From an uncultured Acidobacteriota bacterium (GTDB taxonomy: Bacteria; Acidobacteriota; Terriglobia; Acidiferrales; UBA7541): DNA of 64,000 bases. Positions 1-8,967 of this stretch are shown here, in pieces (position 1 is the first letter of the stretch; every line of letters begins with the position of its first letter). The notes beneath the pieces are model-generated. The model saw only the letters and a program-made list of their open reading frames with translations, was not told where the DNA came from and ran no database searches. The position numbers were made by a program, and so were the translations under genes. The stretch covers positions 286,073 to 350,072 of the forward strand of contig CAVTAN010000006.1 of the NCBI GenBank assembly GCA_963732705.1, written 5' to 3'.

Positions 1-380
1 TACACGTTGGGCACGTGAGATACCTGGAGGCGGCGCGAGAGCAGGGCGACGCCTTGGTAGTGGCCGTGAACAGCGATAGCAGCGTACGAAACTTGAAAGG
101 CCCGGGGCGCCCGGTGCTGGATGAATTGGCGCGCGCCAGGCTGGTCGCTGCGTTGCGGGCCGTGGATTACGTGGTGGTCTTTAGCGAACCGAGTGTCGCG
201 GCTCTTCTCGAAGAAATCCGTCCCAACGTCCACGCCAAGGGCACGGACTACACAGTGGATACCGTGCCCGAACGGGCGACCGCAAATTCTCTGGGCATCC
301 GCATCGCCATCGTCGGAGATCCCAAGGATCACTCCACACGCGCGCTTCTTGATGAGTTGCGCAAGGCGCCCCGTGGCTGA
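1..380 (+). CDS. RfaE/HldE domain II-type nucleotidyltransferase (ADP-heptose synthesis), 5' truncated by window edge
   Basis: Frame from position 3 reads [32 protein letters not shown](L)..VDYV..F.E..KGTDY, the HxGH cytidylyltransferase-like signature; lies next to a GT9 gene. Confidence 0.88.
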   Translation, partial: HVGHVRYLEAAREQGDALVVAVNSDSSVRNLKGPGRPVLDELARARLVAALRAVDYVVVFSEPSVAALLEEIRPNVHAKGTDYTVDTVPERATANSLGIRIAIVGDPKDHSTRALLDELRKAPRG

Positions 381-1429
381 GCGCCGTTTCCTGGTGGTGC
401 GACTTGGTTCACTCGGCGACATCGTGCACACTTTCCCGGCGGTCGCCGCGCTGCGTGAATCCTTCCCGTCGTCCGAGATAATTTGGCTGACGCAGGAGCG
501 TTGGAAGCCACTGGTTACGGCCAGCGGCTTGGCCTCCAAAGTGTGGACCACCGACACCCGGTCACTTTCTTCGTTGAAGAGTACGCTGCGCGAAATTCGC
601 GCTGCTGCGTTTGACGTGGCCATCGATTATCAAGGCCTGTGGAAATCGGCGAGCCTGCCGTTCCTCGCACGGGTCAAGAAGCGAATCGGATTTTCCTCGG
701 AGTCCGTCCGGGAAACAGGAGTGCCGTTGCTGTACACCGATAGCGTGCACGCCACCAGCGCGCATGTAGCCGACCAAAATGGGGAGTTGTCGCGGCGGGC
801 CGGGGCGCACAGCACGGTCGCGGATTTTGTTCTAGATCCTCCGCCGCTGGGCGATGAAGCACTTTTTAAATATTTGAAAGCTCGCGGCGTGAATCGCTAC
901 ATCGTTCTCAGTCCGGGTGGCGGCTGGCGCTCCAAATGTTGGCCGGCCGAGCGCTTCGGTGTACTTTGCCGAATGATCAGCGATTCGCTCTCGGTGCGAT
1001 GTGTGGTGAATTACGGGCCTGGCGAAGACGATCTGGCGGCGAAAGTTCGCGACGGCCAGCAGCGAGACCGATCCTTTGCTTTTCAACGGTGAGCTGGGCT
1101 CACTAATGTCTTTATTGCGCCATGCCATTTGCGTGGTGGGTGGCGACACCGGGCCACTGCACCTGGCGGTGGCACTCGGCACTCCGGTCGTCGCGTTGTT
1201 CGGTCCCACCAATCCCGCTCGCAATGGACCGTACCGTGACGCCAACCGCTCCTCCGCAATAAACAAGACATTTCGCACGGCCACAATTAATCGCGAAGAC
1301 ATCGTGCTGCGCGCTCCCAACGTGGTGACCACCCACAGTCGCGAGGACCGCACCCATCCGGCGATGCTGGAAATTCAGGTTGATGCGGTATTCGAAGCGG
1401 TGCGCAGGATCGTCAAGGCCCGCGGATGA
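373..1429 (+). CDS. GT9 lipopolysaccharide heptosyltransferase (WaaC-like), one frameshift near 1050-1055
   Basis: GTG at 373 gives [23 protein letters not shown] and [12 protein letters not shown]; the C-terminal [29 protein letters not shown] continues in the 1076..1429 frame. Confidence 0.85.
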
Positions 1430-1979
1430 ATTCCGCGGGGTCTTTCTTTGTCCGCTACCGGGTTCGATTGGGTTATCCGCTGGCGATAGCGGTACTTTTT
1501 TTCGCTCGCCCTCAGCCCGGCAGCATTTTTTATGGCGCCTTGCTTGGCGTCATCGGCTTGGGGTTGCGTGCCTGGGCCGCCGGCTATTTGCACAAGCAGG
1601 AAGTTCTCACGGTGACGGGCCCGTATGCTTACACCCGCAATCCTTTGTATTTGGGAAGCGCAATTTTAGCCGGCGGAGTGGCTATAGCAGCACGTTCGTG
1701 GATATCCGCGCTGATTCTGGTGGCGTACTTTTCAATCTTTTATTCCGTGGTTATCGCGAAAGAAGAAGCAGAGCTTCGGCCGCGGCACCGCGACTTCGAA
1801 GGCTACGCGACGGAGGTTCCGCAGTTTTTCCCCGGTTTACGCCTGCGCGCCTGCAAAGCGGCCGCGAAGGCGCTTTTTCATTGCCGCAATATAAGAAGAA
1901 TCATGAATGGCAAGCGGGCGTTGGTTTTGTGCTGCTGCTATCGGTTCTGGTTTTGATTTGGTGGTTGCGCGCCACCTGA
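1426..1979 (+). CDS. Isoprenylcysteine carboxyl methyltransferase (ICMT/PEMT) family membrane protein, frameshift near 1830
   Basis: ATGA overlap with the GT9 gene; L(TVT)GPYAYTRNPLYLG and EEAEL motifs; C-terminus FPRFTP...NHEWQA..TM continues in another frame to 1979. Confidence 0.8.
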
Positions 1980-4658
1980 GGCCGCCACGAGCGCGGTTTC
2001 CGGGCAGGCCACGAAGCAGGAAACTTCCAAAGTTTGGCCGTCGGTCAAAATGTGAATGGCGCCGTCGCGGTCCGTTCGCAAAATACGGGCTCCCTCGACA
2101 GTCAAGCGCTCCAACAGTTCCGGGCTGGGATGCCCATAGGGGTTGTCGTCTCCGGCGGAGATAATCGCAACCTTAGGTTCCACTGCATGGAGAAATTCCT
2201 CGGTCGTCGAATTTTTGCTGCCGTGATGACCTACCTTCAAAACGTCGGCTCGCAAGTCGCTACCGGAGGATTCCCGCAACATGGTGCGCTCCACCTGCTT
2301 TTCGGCGTCGCCCGGCAGCAACAACGTCTGGTTTCCATATTTCAGCCGCAGCACCAGCGAATCGTTATTTTTCGCCGGCGCACGCGGATCCGCTTCTGAA
2401 ATTTCGGGCCACAAAAATTCGCCTTCCACGCCGTCCATCGAAAAAGATTTTCCTCGCGACTCATATTCCACGGGAATGTGTTTTTCTCTCGCTGTGTTCT
2501 CCAGCTTGGCCAATGCTGGGCTATTCACCTCCCGTCCAATCCACAAGCGTCCAACGCGGAAGTTCTCCAACACCGCATTCAGCCCGCCGAGATGATCCTG
2601 ATGCGCATGAGTTAAGGCCACCACATCCATGTTTTTGAAGCCTCGCGACCAGAGGTATGGCGATACCGCTTCTTCACCCGGGTCGCTCCCCTGGGCCTCG
2701 CGGCGTCCAGGAAATCCAGCAAACGCTCCTCCTCCATCAATCAGCAAGGTTCTGCCCATGGGCGAAACCACCAAGAGGGAGTCCCCCTGGCCGACATCCA
2801 ACATGGTGACCTCCAGCTTACCCGGCGTAAACCGCGGCGCAAAAGGGCCCAACACAATCAGCAGCGAAGTTGCCGACAATAATCCGCAAAAGCACAACAT
2901 TACTTTTTTCTTCGCAGGGAATTGCGCACGAGAGCACGCGGCAATGGCGAGTAACGCCACGAAAAAGCACAGGCTGATCCACTCTGCTGGCCCGGGTACG
3001 CGATAACTGAGTTGCCGCACATGCGCGAACTGCTGGACCACATGGATCAACGCCAGGGTTGTCCATGAAAGCGGCAGCGCCAGAATCTTTGCCAGGGCTG
3101 GCCACAAAAATCCACTCAACACCGTCAAGAATCCCAGCGGAACGATGACCGCCGTCATCGGCACCGCGGCGAAATTCACCAGCGGGCCGGCGAAGGTGAT
3201 GCGGTGAAATTGGCCGGCCAACACCGGTAGCATGCCGATCTGTAAGACCATCGTAAGCATAAATAATTCCAACATTCGAAAGCTGAACCCCAAGCCTTGC
3301 ACTGTAGAGAAGCTCACGAATTTCCCGATGCCGCCCGGCCAGCGGCTTTCAAAGTATCCGGCGAAGGACCGCAGATCCAACCGAAACTGGGTATGTCGCG
3401 GTTCGTAGGAGGGGTCCCTGGTGATGTCGCGCCATCCCCGCAATGCATGCCCATAGGGGAGCACGGTGCTCCTAAGAAACGGGATGGCCAACCCTCCGAT
3501 GCATCCAATGGCCAAGAATGAGAGTTGGAAACTGGGATCGCGTAGCGACAGCGGTCGCGCAATCAGCAAGAGCAGACCGGCCAGCGCTGCGGAGTTCAGC
3601 AATTCCAATTGTCGATAGAAGAGTCCTCCGGTCACCACCAAGCCAGCCATCAGCGCCGCTCGCAGTACCGGAGCGCGTTGCTGCACTACCGCGACGTACG
3701 CAAGAAGTAACGCCAGCGTCAGGCCGACCGTCCAGGCTCTCGGCAGCCGCAATTTGCGACCCACCCAGAACAGCACCATCGCCATAGCGCCAACATGCAA
3801 ACCGGCTACGACCAACACGTGAAACGTTCCGGTTTTTTGAAAATCCTGAGCCTCTTCGCGATCGACAAAATTGCGATCGCCCAGCAACATCGCGCGCAGC
3901 ACTCCAGCGACCCCGAGAGTATCAGAGCACAGCACGTCAATTTCTTCGCGCAAACGCCGCCGGATGGTCGCAATCCATATGGGAATGCTGGCTCGGGCGG
4001 GCTCCACTACCTGCAACAATTCGGGAGTTCGCAGCGCTGCGGTTAAATGCACACCCTGTTCTGCCAAATAGGCTCTACGGTCAAAGGCGCCTTCGTCCCG
4101 GTAAGACTCCGGCAGTTTTGCTTGCGTCAATACAGAAATCGAGTCTCCGGCATGAAGAGTCGCAAGAGATGTCTCCTCGATAGGGCCTAGAGTGAAACTC
4201 AGGCGTAAACCGCCGCTGGTTGGCAAAACTGGATTCTCAGTTTCAAGATCCTGGGGGGCAATCGCCGAGCTCACAGCAGACAGCTCAATCTCGTAGCCGG
4301 TACCCCACGGCAGCTTCTCCGGTTCATCTCGCAACTTTCCGTAGTAGCGCAGCGGGGACTTCAAATTGATTTTCCCCGTGGCGACCAGGTTTAAAACGTG
4401 ATCGCTCGCGCGTGGTTGTTGGTCGATGATTGCTGCAGCGCTACCAAGCAGCATCCACCCCAGCAGGGAAGCCGTTCCGGCTGCGGCAATTTTCGTGAAA
4501 TGAGAGAGAAAGAATCCTGCCAGCAGGGAAGTGGCGGCGGCCAGAAATAACGAGGCCAAGAATATTTTGTTAGATGCATGGCCTGCGACCCTGCCACTGA
4601 GACCGAAGGCGATCCCCAACGCAAAAGCCGTGGCGATCGCGACGGTCGGCAACTTCAT
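1938..4658 (-). CDS. comEC: DNA internalization competence protein ComEC/Rec2
   Basis: OB-like region, competence domain (HVLVVAGLHVG, SFQLSF), metallo-beta-lactamase domain (LDVGQGDS, THAHQDHLGG, KVGHHGS, NPYGHP). Confidence 0.95.
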   Translation of the reverse strand: MKLPTVAIATAFALGIAFGLSGRVAGHASNKIFLASLFLAAATSLLAGFFLSHFTKIAAAGTASLLGWMLLGSAAAIIDQQPRASDHVLNLVATGKINLKSPLRYYGKLRDEPEKLPWGTGYEIELSAVSSAIAPQDLETENPVLPTSGGLRLSFTLGPIEETSLATLHAGDSISVLTQAKLPESYRDEGAFDRRAYLAEQGVHLTAALRTPELLQVVEPARASIPIWIATIRRRLREEIDVLCSDTLGVAGVLRAMLLGDRNFVDREEAQDFQKTGTFHVLVVAGLHVGAMAMVLFWVGRKLRLPRAWTVGLTLALLLAYVAVVQQRAPVLRAALMAGLVVTGGLFYRQLELLNSAALAGLLLLIARPLSLRDPSFQLSFLAIGCIGGLAIPFLRSTVLPYGHALRGWRDITRDPSYEPRHTQFRLDLRSFAGYFESRWPGGIGKFVSFSTVQGLGFSFRMLELFMLTMVLQIGMLPVLAGQFHRITFAGPLVNFAAVPMTAVIVPLGFLTVLSGFLWPALAKILALPLSWTTLALIHVVQQFAHVRQLSYRVPGPAEWISLCFFVALLAIAACSRAQFPAKKKVMLCFCGLLSATSLLIVLGPFAPRFTPGKLEVTMLDVGQGDSLLVVSPMGRTLLIDGGGAFAGFPGRREAQGSDPGEEAVSPYLWSRGFKNMDVVALTHAHQDHLGGLNAVLENFRVGRLWIGREVNSPALAKLENTAREKHIPVEYESRGKSFSMDGVEGEFLWPEISEADPRAPAKNNDSLVLRLKYGNQTLLLPGDAEKQVERTMLRESSGSDLRADVLKVGHHGSKNSTTEEFLHAVEPKVAIISAGDDNPYGHPSPELLERLTVEGARILRTDRDGAIHILTDGQTLEVSCFVACPETALVAASGGAQPPNQNQNR

Positions 4659-5998
4659 CAGAGCCTACGGAGACGAACCAATGTTTCGATGTGGAATGTT
4701 TGAGGAAACAGATCGAACATGTGCATTTCTGTGATCTCGTAACGTTTCTGGCCGGCTGCTTCCGTACCGCCGTCCGCGCCACTCAAGCCTGGCACGGTTT
4801 CTTTCTGTTTCCGAGTTGAGCCTGTCAGCACGGCCAAGTCCCTCGCCAGGGTCGCTGGATCGCAAGACAGATACACAATTTCGGGGGCGCCTAACGCTGC
4901 CAACGCCGTTGCCGCCTCCACGCCAAGACCAGACCGCGGTGGATCCAGGACGACTAGATTGGGCTGCTCCTGGGTTTTCTTCAGAAATTCTTCGGCGTGC
5001 TCGTTGTGAGAAGTGATCTCCACTCCGGCGCGCTTGGCATTCGCGAATAAGTCGCGGGTAGCTGCCAGATTAGCGTCCACACTCACAACCTTTTCGAATG
5101 TTCGAGCTAACGGGAGGGTAAAAAAACCGACGCCAGCATACAAATCCAGCGCCAGGCGACCCGTGGCCCCGGATGTCACGAGCTTCAGCAGCTCCTCGGT
5201 CAAGAAGCGGTTGACCTGAAAGAAAGACAAATGGCTAACCTGATATTTAAATCCGCCCACCTCATGCAGCAGAAAGCCCGGGCCCGTCAATTCAAATCGA
5301 TTCTTCTTCTGGTCCAGTAGCAGCAAGCTTTCCAGATGAGGGAGTTCCCGCTGAAACAGCGCCGCCAGTTCCGCAGCGGGTCCGGGAAACTTATCGAAAG
5401 CTACGTTTATGGAAACTTTTTCGTCGCTGGAATCGGTGAACGCTTCAATCTCCAGAATGCCCACGGGCAAACGTCCACCACGGGCCATCTCTTGCAGTAA
5501 GCCAAACGTCGCGGCCAGCCGGGGGGAAAGTATCGGGCAAACGTCGATCGGCAAAATCACCGAACTCTCCGGGAGAAAATATCCGAGCGCCCGAGGCATT
5601 CCGCTGCGCACCGCCCATTGGGCGCGATTGCGATAAGCATAGGGTTCGCCGGTGTGGGCGGCGATCTCTCCGGTCCATTGAATGCCGCCCAAGCGCGAGA
5701 GCGTCTCGCGCAGGATTTCTATCTTCAGCCGCGCCTGTTCAGCAGCGGGAATATGTTGATAGTGGCATCCGCCACAAATCTGAAAATGCGGGCAGGGCGC
5801 GGCAATGCGGACGGCGGACGGTTCGGTAACCTCCAGCAGCCTGGCCCACAGCAATTTCTTTTTCTTCGCTTTGGTGGCGGCGCGCACACGTTCGCCGGGC
5901 AATACGTAGGGCACGAACACGGTGTTGCTTTCTGCGTGGCTCAAGCCGTCACCGCCGTACACCAGTTTCTCAATTGATAATAATAACTCATCTGACAT
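4658..5998 (-). CDS. rlmD: 23S rRNA m5U methyltransferase, RlmD/TrmA family with TRAM domain
   Basis: CPHFQICGGC Fe-S motif, SFFQVN, DLYAGVG, LDPPRSG, YLSCDPATLARD, DLFPQTFHIE. Confidence 0.88.
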   Translation of the reverse strand: MSDELLLSIEKLVYGGDGLSHAESNTVFVPYVLPGERVRAATKAKKKKLLWARLLEVTEPSAVRIAAPCPHFQICGGCHYQHIPAAEQARLKIEILRETLSRLGGIQWTGEIAAHTGEPYAYRNRAQWAVRSGMPRALGYFLPESSVILPIDVCPILSPRLAATFGLLQEMARGGRLPVGILEIEAFTDSSDEKVSINVAFDKFPGPAAELAALFQRELPHLESLLLLDQKKNRFELTGPGFLLHEVGGFKYQVSHLSFFQVNRFLTEELLKLVTSGATGRLALDLYAGVGFFTLPLARTFEKVVSVDANLAATRDLFANAKRAGVEITSHNEHAEEFLKKTQEQPNLVVLDPPRSGLGVEAATALAALGAPEIVYLSCDPATLARDLAVLTGSTRKQKETVPGLSGADGGTEAAGQKRYEITEMHMFDLFPQTFHIETLVRLRRL

Positions 5999-6078
5999 AT
6001 TTATAATGCCTCATTTTCTTGGTGCAGGTCGAGCCAAGCCCGGTTGCGGAAGTGCCCGAAAGCGTGTTTCGATTCCGT

Positions 6079-6804
6079 TCACAGCAAATAATAAAGACTT
6101 AACCGCGGCAATCCGAACTCCTCGAGCAATCGCTTGTGCATGTACTGCTTCTCCACGAGCGACAATTGTTGGGCTTTCATCTTGCCGCGATATGCCGCTA
6201 ACTGACCGTCCATATCTCGACGAATTTGCAGCATTCGCTCTTCGCTGGCATAGCCGCCGATCAGCGCTTGCACCTTGTCGTCCAAATTGGTCAGGCGCCG
6301 CTCCAGGTCCTCGAGATCAAGCAAGCCAGGGGTCTCCAGCAACGTCATGCTCGACTGCAGCGACTTAGCAATTTCCTGCAATCGCGTGGTCAATTCCGGT
6401 TGCGGGGCGGAGTGCTTTTGGATTGCTGCCGCGATGCGCTCAAGGTTGCGCGCGAAATAAGCTTTGAGCTCTTCGCGTGAAAATGTCTCTTTAGGAGCTG
6501 CCTTGGAACTCTGGGTATTCTTCCCGGCGGCCGCTTCTTGTTGCTCCTCCGCGGCCTCCAGCACCGCGTCAGTGCAATAGGCCAGGCTTTTTAGCGGCTT
6601 ACCCAATCCACCGCGACGCGACCGCTGATAACTTTCAAATGCTCGATCGATGCCTTTGAGCGCCGCGTCCAGCGGAACGCCGGCTTTTTGCCAGGTTTCC
6701 ATAATGGCCCAATCCAATGGAGAAACCAGCAGGTGAGCCCCGCGCTTTTTCCAGAAATATTCTTCAATTTCCGTGAAGTAGTTGAAGTAATTCCAACTGT
6801 CCAT
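6079..6804 (-). CDS. Hypothetical protein with DnaD/DnaB_2-like N-terminal helical domain
   Basis: 241-aa ORF co-oriented in the valS-birA-coaX-rlmD run; SPLDWAIMETW..GVPL..A..GID.AF..SLAY pattern. Confidence 0.7.
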   Translation of the reverse strand: MDSWNYFNYFTEIEEYFWKKRGAHLLVSPLDWAIMETWQKAGVPLDAALKGIDRAFESYQRSRRGGLGKPLKSLAYCTDAVLEAAEEQQEAAAGKNTQSSKAAPKETFSREELKAYFARNLERIAAAIQKHSAPQPELTTRLQEIAKSLQSSMTLLETPGLLDLEDLERRLTNLDDKVQALIGGYASEERMLQIRRDMDGQLAAYRGKMKAQQLSLVEKQYMHKRLLEEFGLPRLSLYYLL

Positions 6805-6964
6805 GTTGATCCAAATCTCGTCTTGCGGAGCAGCACTACTCGAGCCTGAACGACTCCGTCATTCTTTTGTGAAGCGCTTCGTTCTTGAATGGCGAAAGGC
6901 TGTGACGTTTGCGCGTTCAAGTTGAGCCGGGCAAAAGAGCTGCCGTAGTCGCGTTGGTGAGTCT

Positions 6965-7795
6965 CTAAGGGTTCTTTTCACGCCCGGTGCCAGCCGCTTC
7001 CGAACTCCGCGCATTGACCGCCGCTGCGGCGGGCTGGTTTTTCTCCCAAATCAGCCGCAATCCTTTCAGTGTCAAAAACTCGTCGGTAAATTTGATGTGC
7101 TTCGAACCTCGGCTGATCAATTTTGCTTGCCCACCCGTGGCTACCACTGGCAAGTCGTGGCCAAGTTCGTCCTTGATGCGCTTCAGCATCCCGTCGACCA
7201 TGTCGATAGCACCGTAATACAGTCCCGCTTGCAGGTGGGTCACGGTATTCGTGCCGATGACTTTTCCTGGGTCTTTAATTTCGACGCGCGGCAAGCGTGC
7301 CGCCCGCGCAAAAAGCGCCTCGGAGGAAATGCCAATTCCCGGCGCGATGGAACCCCCCAGATATTCTCCCCGCACGGAAATTACATCGAAGGTAATCGCC
7401 GTGCCGAAATCTACTACCACGCACGGGCCGCCATACTCATGAAAGGCCGCGACCCCGTTGACGATGCGGTCCGCTCCCACTTCCAGCGGATTATCGACGA
7501 GCACGGCCATCCCGGTTTTAATTCCAGGTTCGACAAACAAAGCTTTCTTTCCCAGATAAAGCCGCGCCATTTCCCCCAGCGTCCAGTTTACCGGCGGCAC
7601 CACGGAGCTGATCATTACCCCGCTGATGGCGTCCTGGTTGAGCTTGGCCAGCGTGAACAGATTTCTGGTGAGTACGCCGTACTCATCTACGGTTTGCTCA
7701 CGGGCCGTGCTTAGCCGCCAGTTGGCGATGAGTTCGCTGCCGCGAAAAACCCCTAACACCGTATTGGTGTTTCCTACGTCGATGGTCAGCAGCAT
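6965..7795 (-). CDS. coaX: Type III pantothenate kinase
   Basis: IDVGNTN, SSVVP, GADRIVN, VDFGTA, GGSIAPG, ATGG, LTLKGL motifs. Confidence 0.95.
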   Translation of the reverse strand: MLLTIDVGNTNTVLGVFRGSELIANWRLSTAREQTVDEYGVLTRNLFTLAKLNQDAISGVMISSVVPPVNWTLGEMARLYLGKKALFVEPGIKTGMAVLVDNPLEVGADRIVNGVAAFHEYGGPCVVVDFGTAITFDVISVRGEYLGGSIAPGIGISSEALFARAARLPRVEIKDPGKVIGTNTVTHLQAGLYYGAIDMVDGMLKRIKDELGHDLPVVATGGQAKLISRGSKHIKFTDEFLTLKGLRLIWEKNQPAAAAVNARSSEAAGTGREKNP

Positions 7796-7870
7796 GTGTT
7801 ACCCGAGTTCATTTCTGCCACGCACGCTTTAGATTTGACTTCAACAGCAAGCCCAGGTCGGCGGCGAGAT

Positions 7871-8890
7871 TCAGCGAATTTCCGATATATCACCGGCGAT
7901 AACTGTAACCGTTTCTCCGTTGTCGCGCTTGACGCGCAGCAAGCCTTCCTTTTCGAGGCCGGCCGTTTCACCGGTGAAACTTTCCTTGCCATTGGTTACG
8001 CGCACGCGCTTCCCGCGGGCGTAGCTGGAAGTTTCCTCGAATCGAAGCACCACGTTGGCCGCGCCGTCGCGGAGGAGTTCCTGATAGTCGCGCTCAAATT
8101 GTCGCAGGAATTGCGCCAGCACCTCCAGGCGGGACTGCCGGCGCCCGCTCTCGATGCGCAGCGAGGTTCCCAGTGCTGCCAAGTCCGAGGGAAATTTCTC
8201 CTGGTTGACGTTGATGCCGATGCCCACGATAACAAATCGGACTTGAGTGGGCTCCGCGTGCATCTCGGTCAAGATGCCGCCCGCCTTCTTTCCGCGGATC
8301 AGCAAATCGTTGGGCCATTTTAAATCCACACTCAAGCCAGTCACCGCTTGGATCGCAGTCTGCGCGGACAATCCCGCCATCATGGTCAGCAACGGCGCTT
8401 GGACAGGGGCCAGTTGCGGTCGTAGCAGTATCGTTGCGTAAATGCCCGTGGCTCGCTCGGAATGCCAGCTGTGCCCGGCGCGGCCACGCCCGGCGGTTTG
8501 CTCTTCGGCCAGGACCACCGCGCCTTCCGCCTCACCGGCGTGTCCCAGTTCCAGTGCCACGCGGTTGGTCGAATCGGTCTTAAAAAAATGATAGATGCGC
8601 TTCCCGAATAAGCTACCGCGTAATCTTTGCCGGACCATGTCGGCGGTCAGAATGTCCGGAATCTTTTCCAGATAATACCCGGTGGCGGCTCGTCCTTTGA
8701 CTTTTACGCCCAGCTCACGCAGTCGAGTGACCCAGCGAAATACCGTGGAGCGTGAAACGCCGATTTCTCGGGCAATCCTCGCGCCGCTGATAACGATGGT
8801 GCCGTTGGCCGCCAGCAGGGTCAGCAGGGCGGTAACCTGCCGCTCGGTTGCACCGGCAATCTTCTCAGAAGTCTTTCGGCGGACCGCCAT
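7871..8890 (-). CDS. birA: Bifunctional biotin ligase/repressor with N-terminal HTH
   Basis: HTH ISGARIAREIGVSRSTV, DSTN, QTAGRGR, KWPND, KAGGIL, GIGINVN. Confidence 0.95.
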   Translation of the reverse strand: MAVRRKTSEKIAGATERQVTALLTLLAANGTIVISGARIAREIGVSRSTVFRWVTRLRELGVKVKGRAATGYYLEKIPDILTADMVRQRLRGSLFGKRIYHFFKTDSTNRVALELGHAGEAEGAVVLAEEQTAGRGRAGHSWHSERATGIYATILLRPQLAPVQAPLLTMMAGLSAQTAIQAVTGLSVDLKWPNDLLIRGKKAGGILTEMHAEPTQVRFVIVGIGINVNQEKFPSDLAALGTSLRIESGRRQSRLEVLAQFLRQFERDYQELLRDGAANVVLRFEETSSYARGKRVRVTNGKESFTGETAGLEKEGLLRVKRDNGETVTVIAGDISEIR

Positions 8891-8967
8891 GTGGTGTCCT
8901 GACTGTAAGAACTAGCCCGTTGCCGCGGCCCCGACTGTCGTTTCGGTTTTACGCAGCTAAAATGTTT

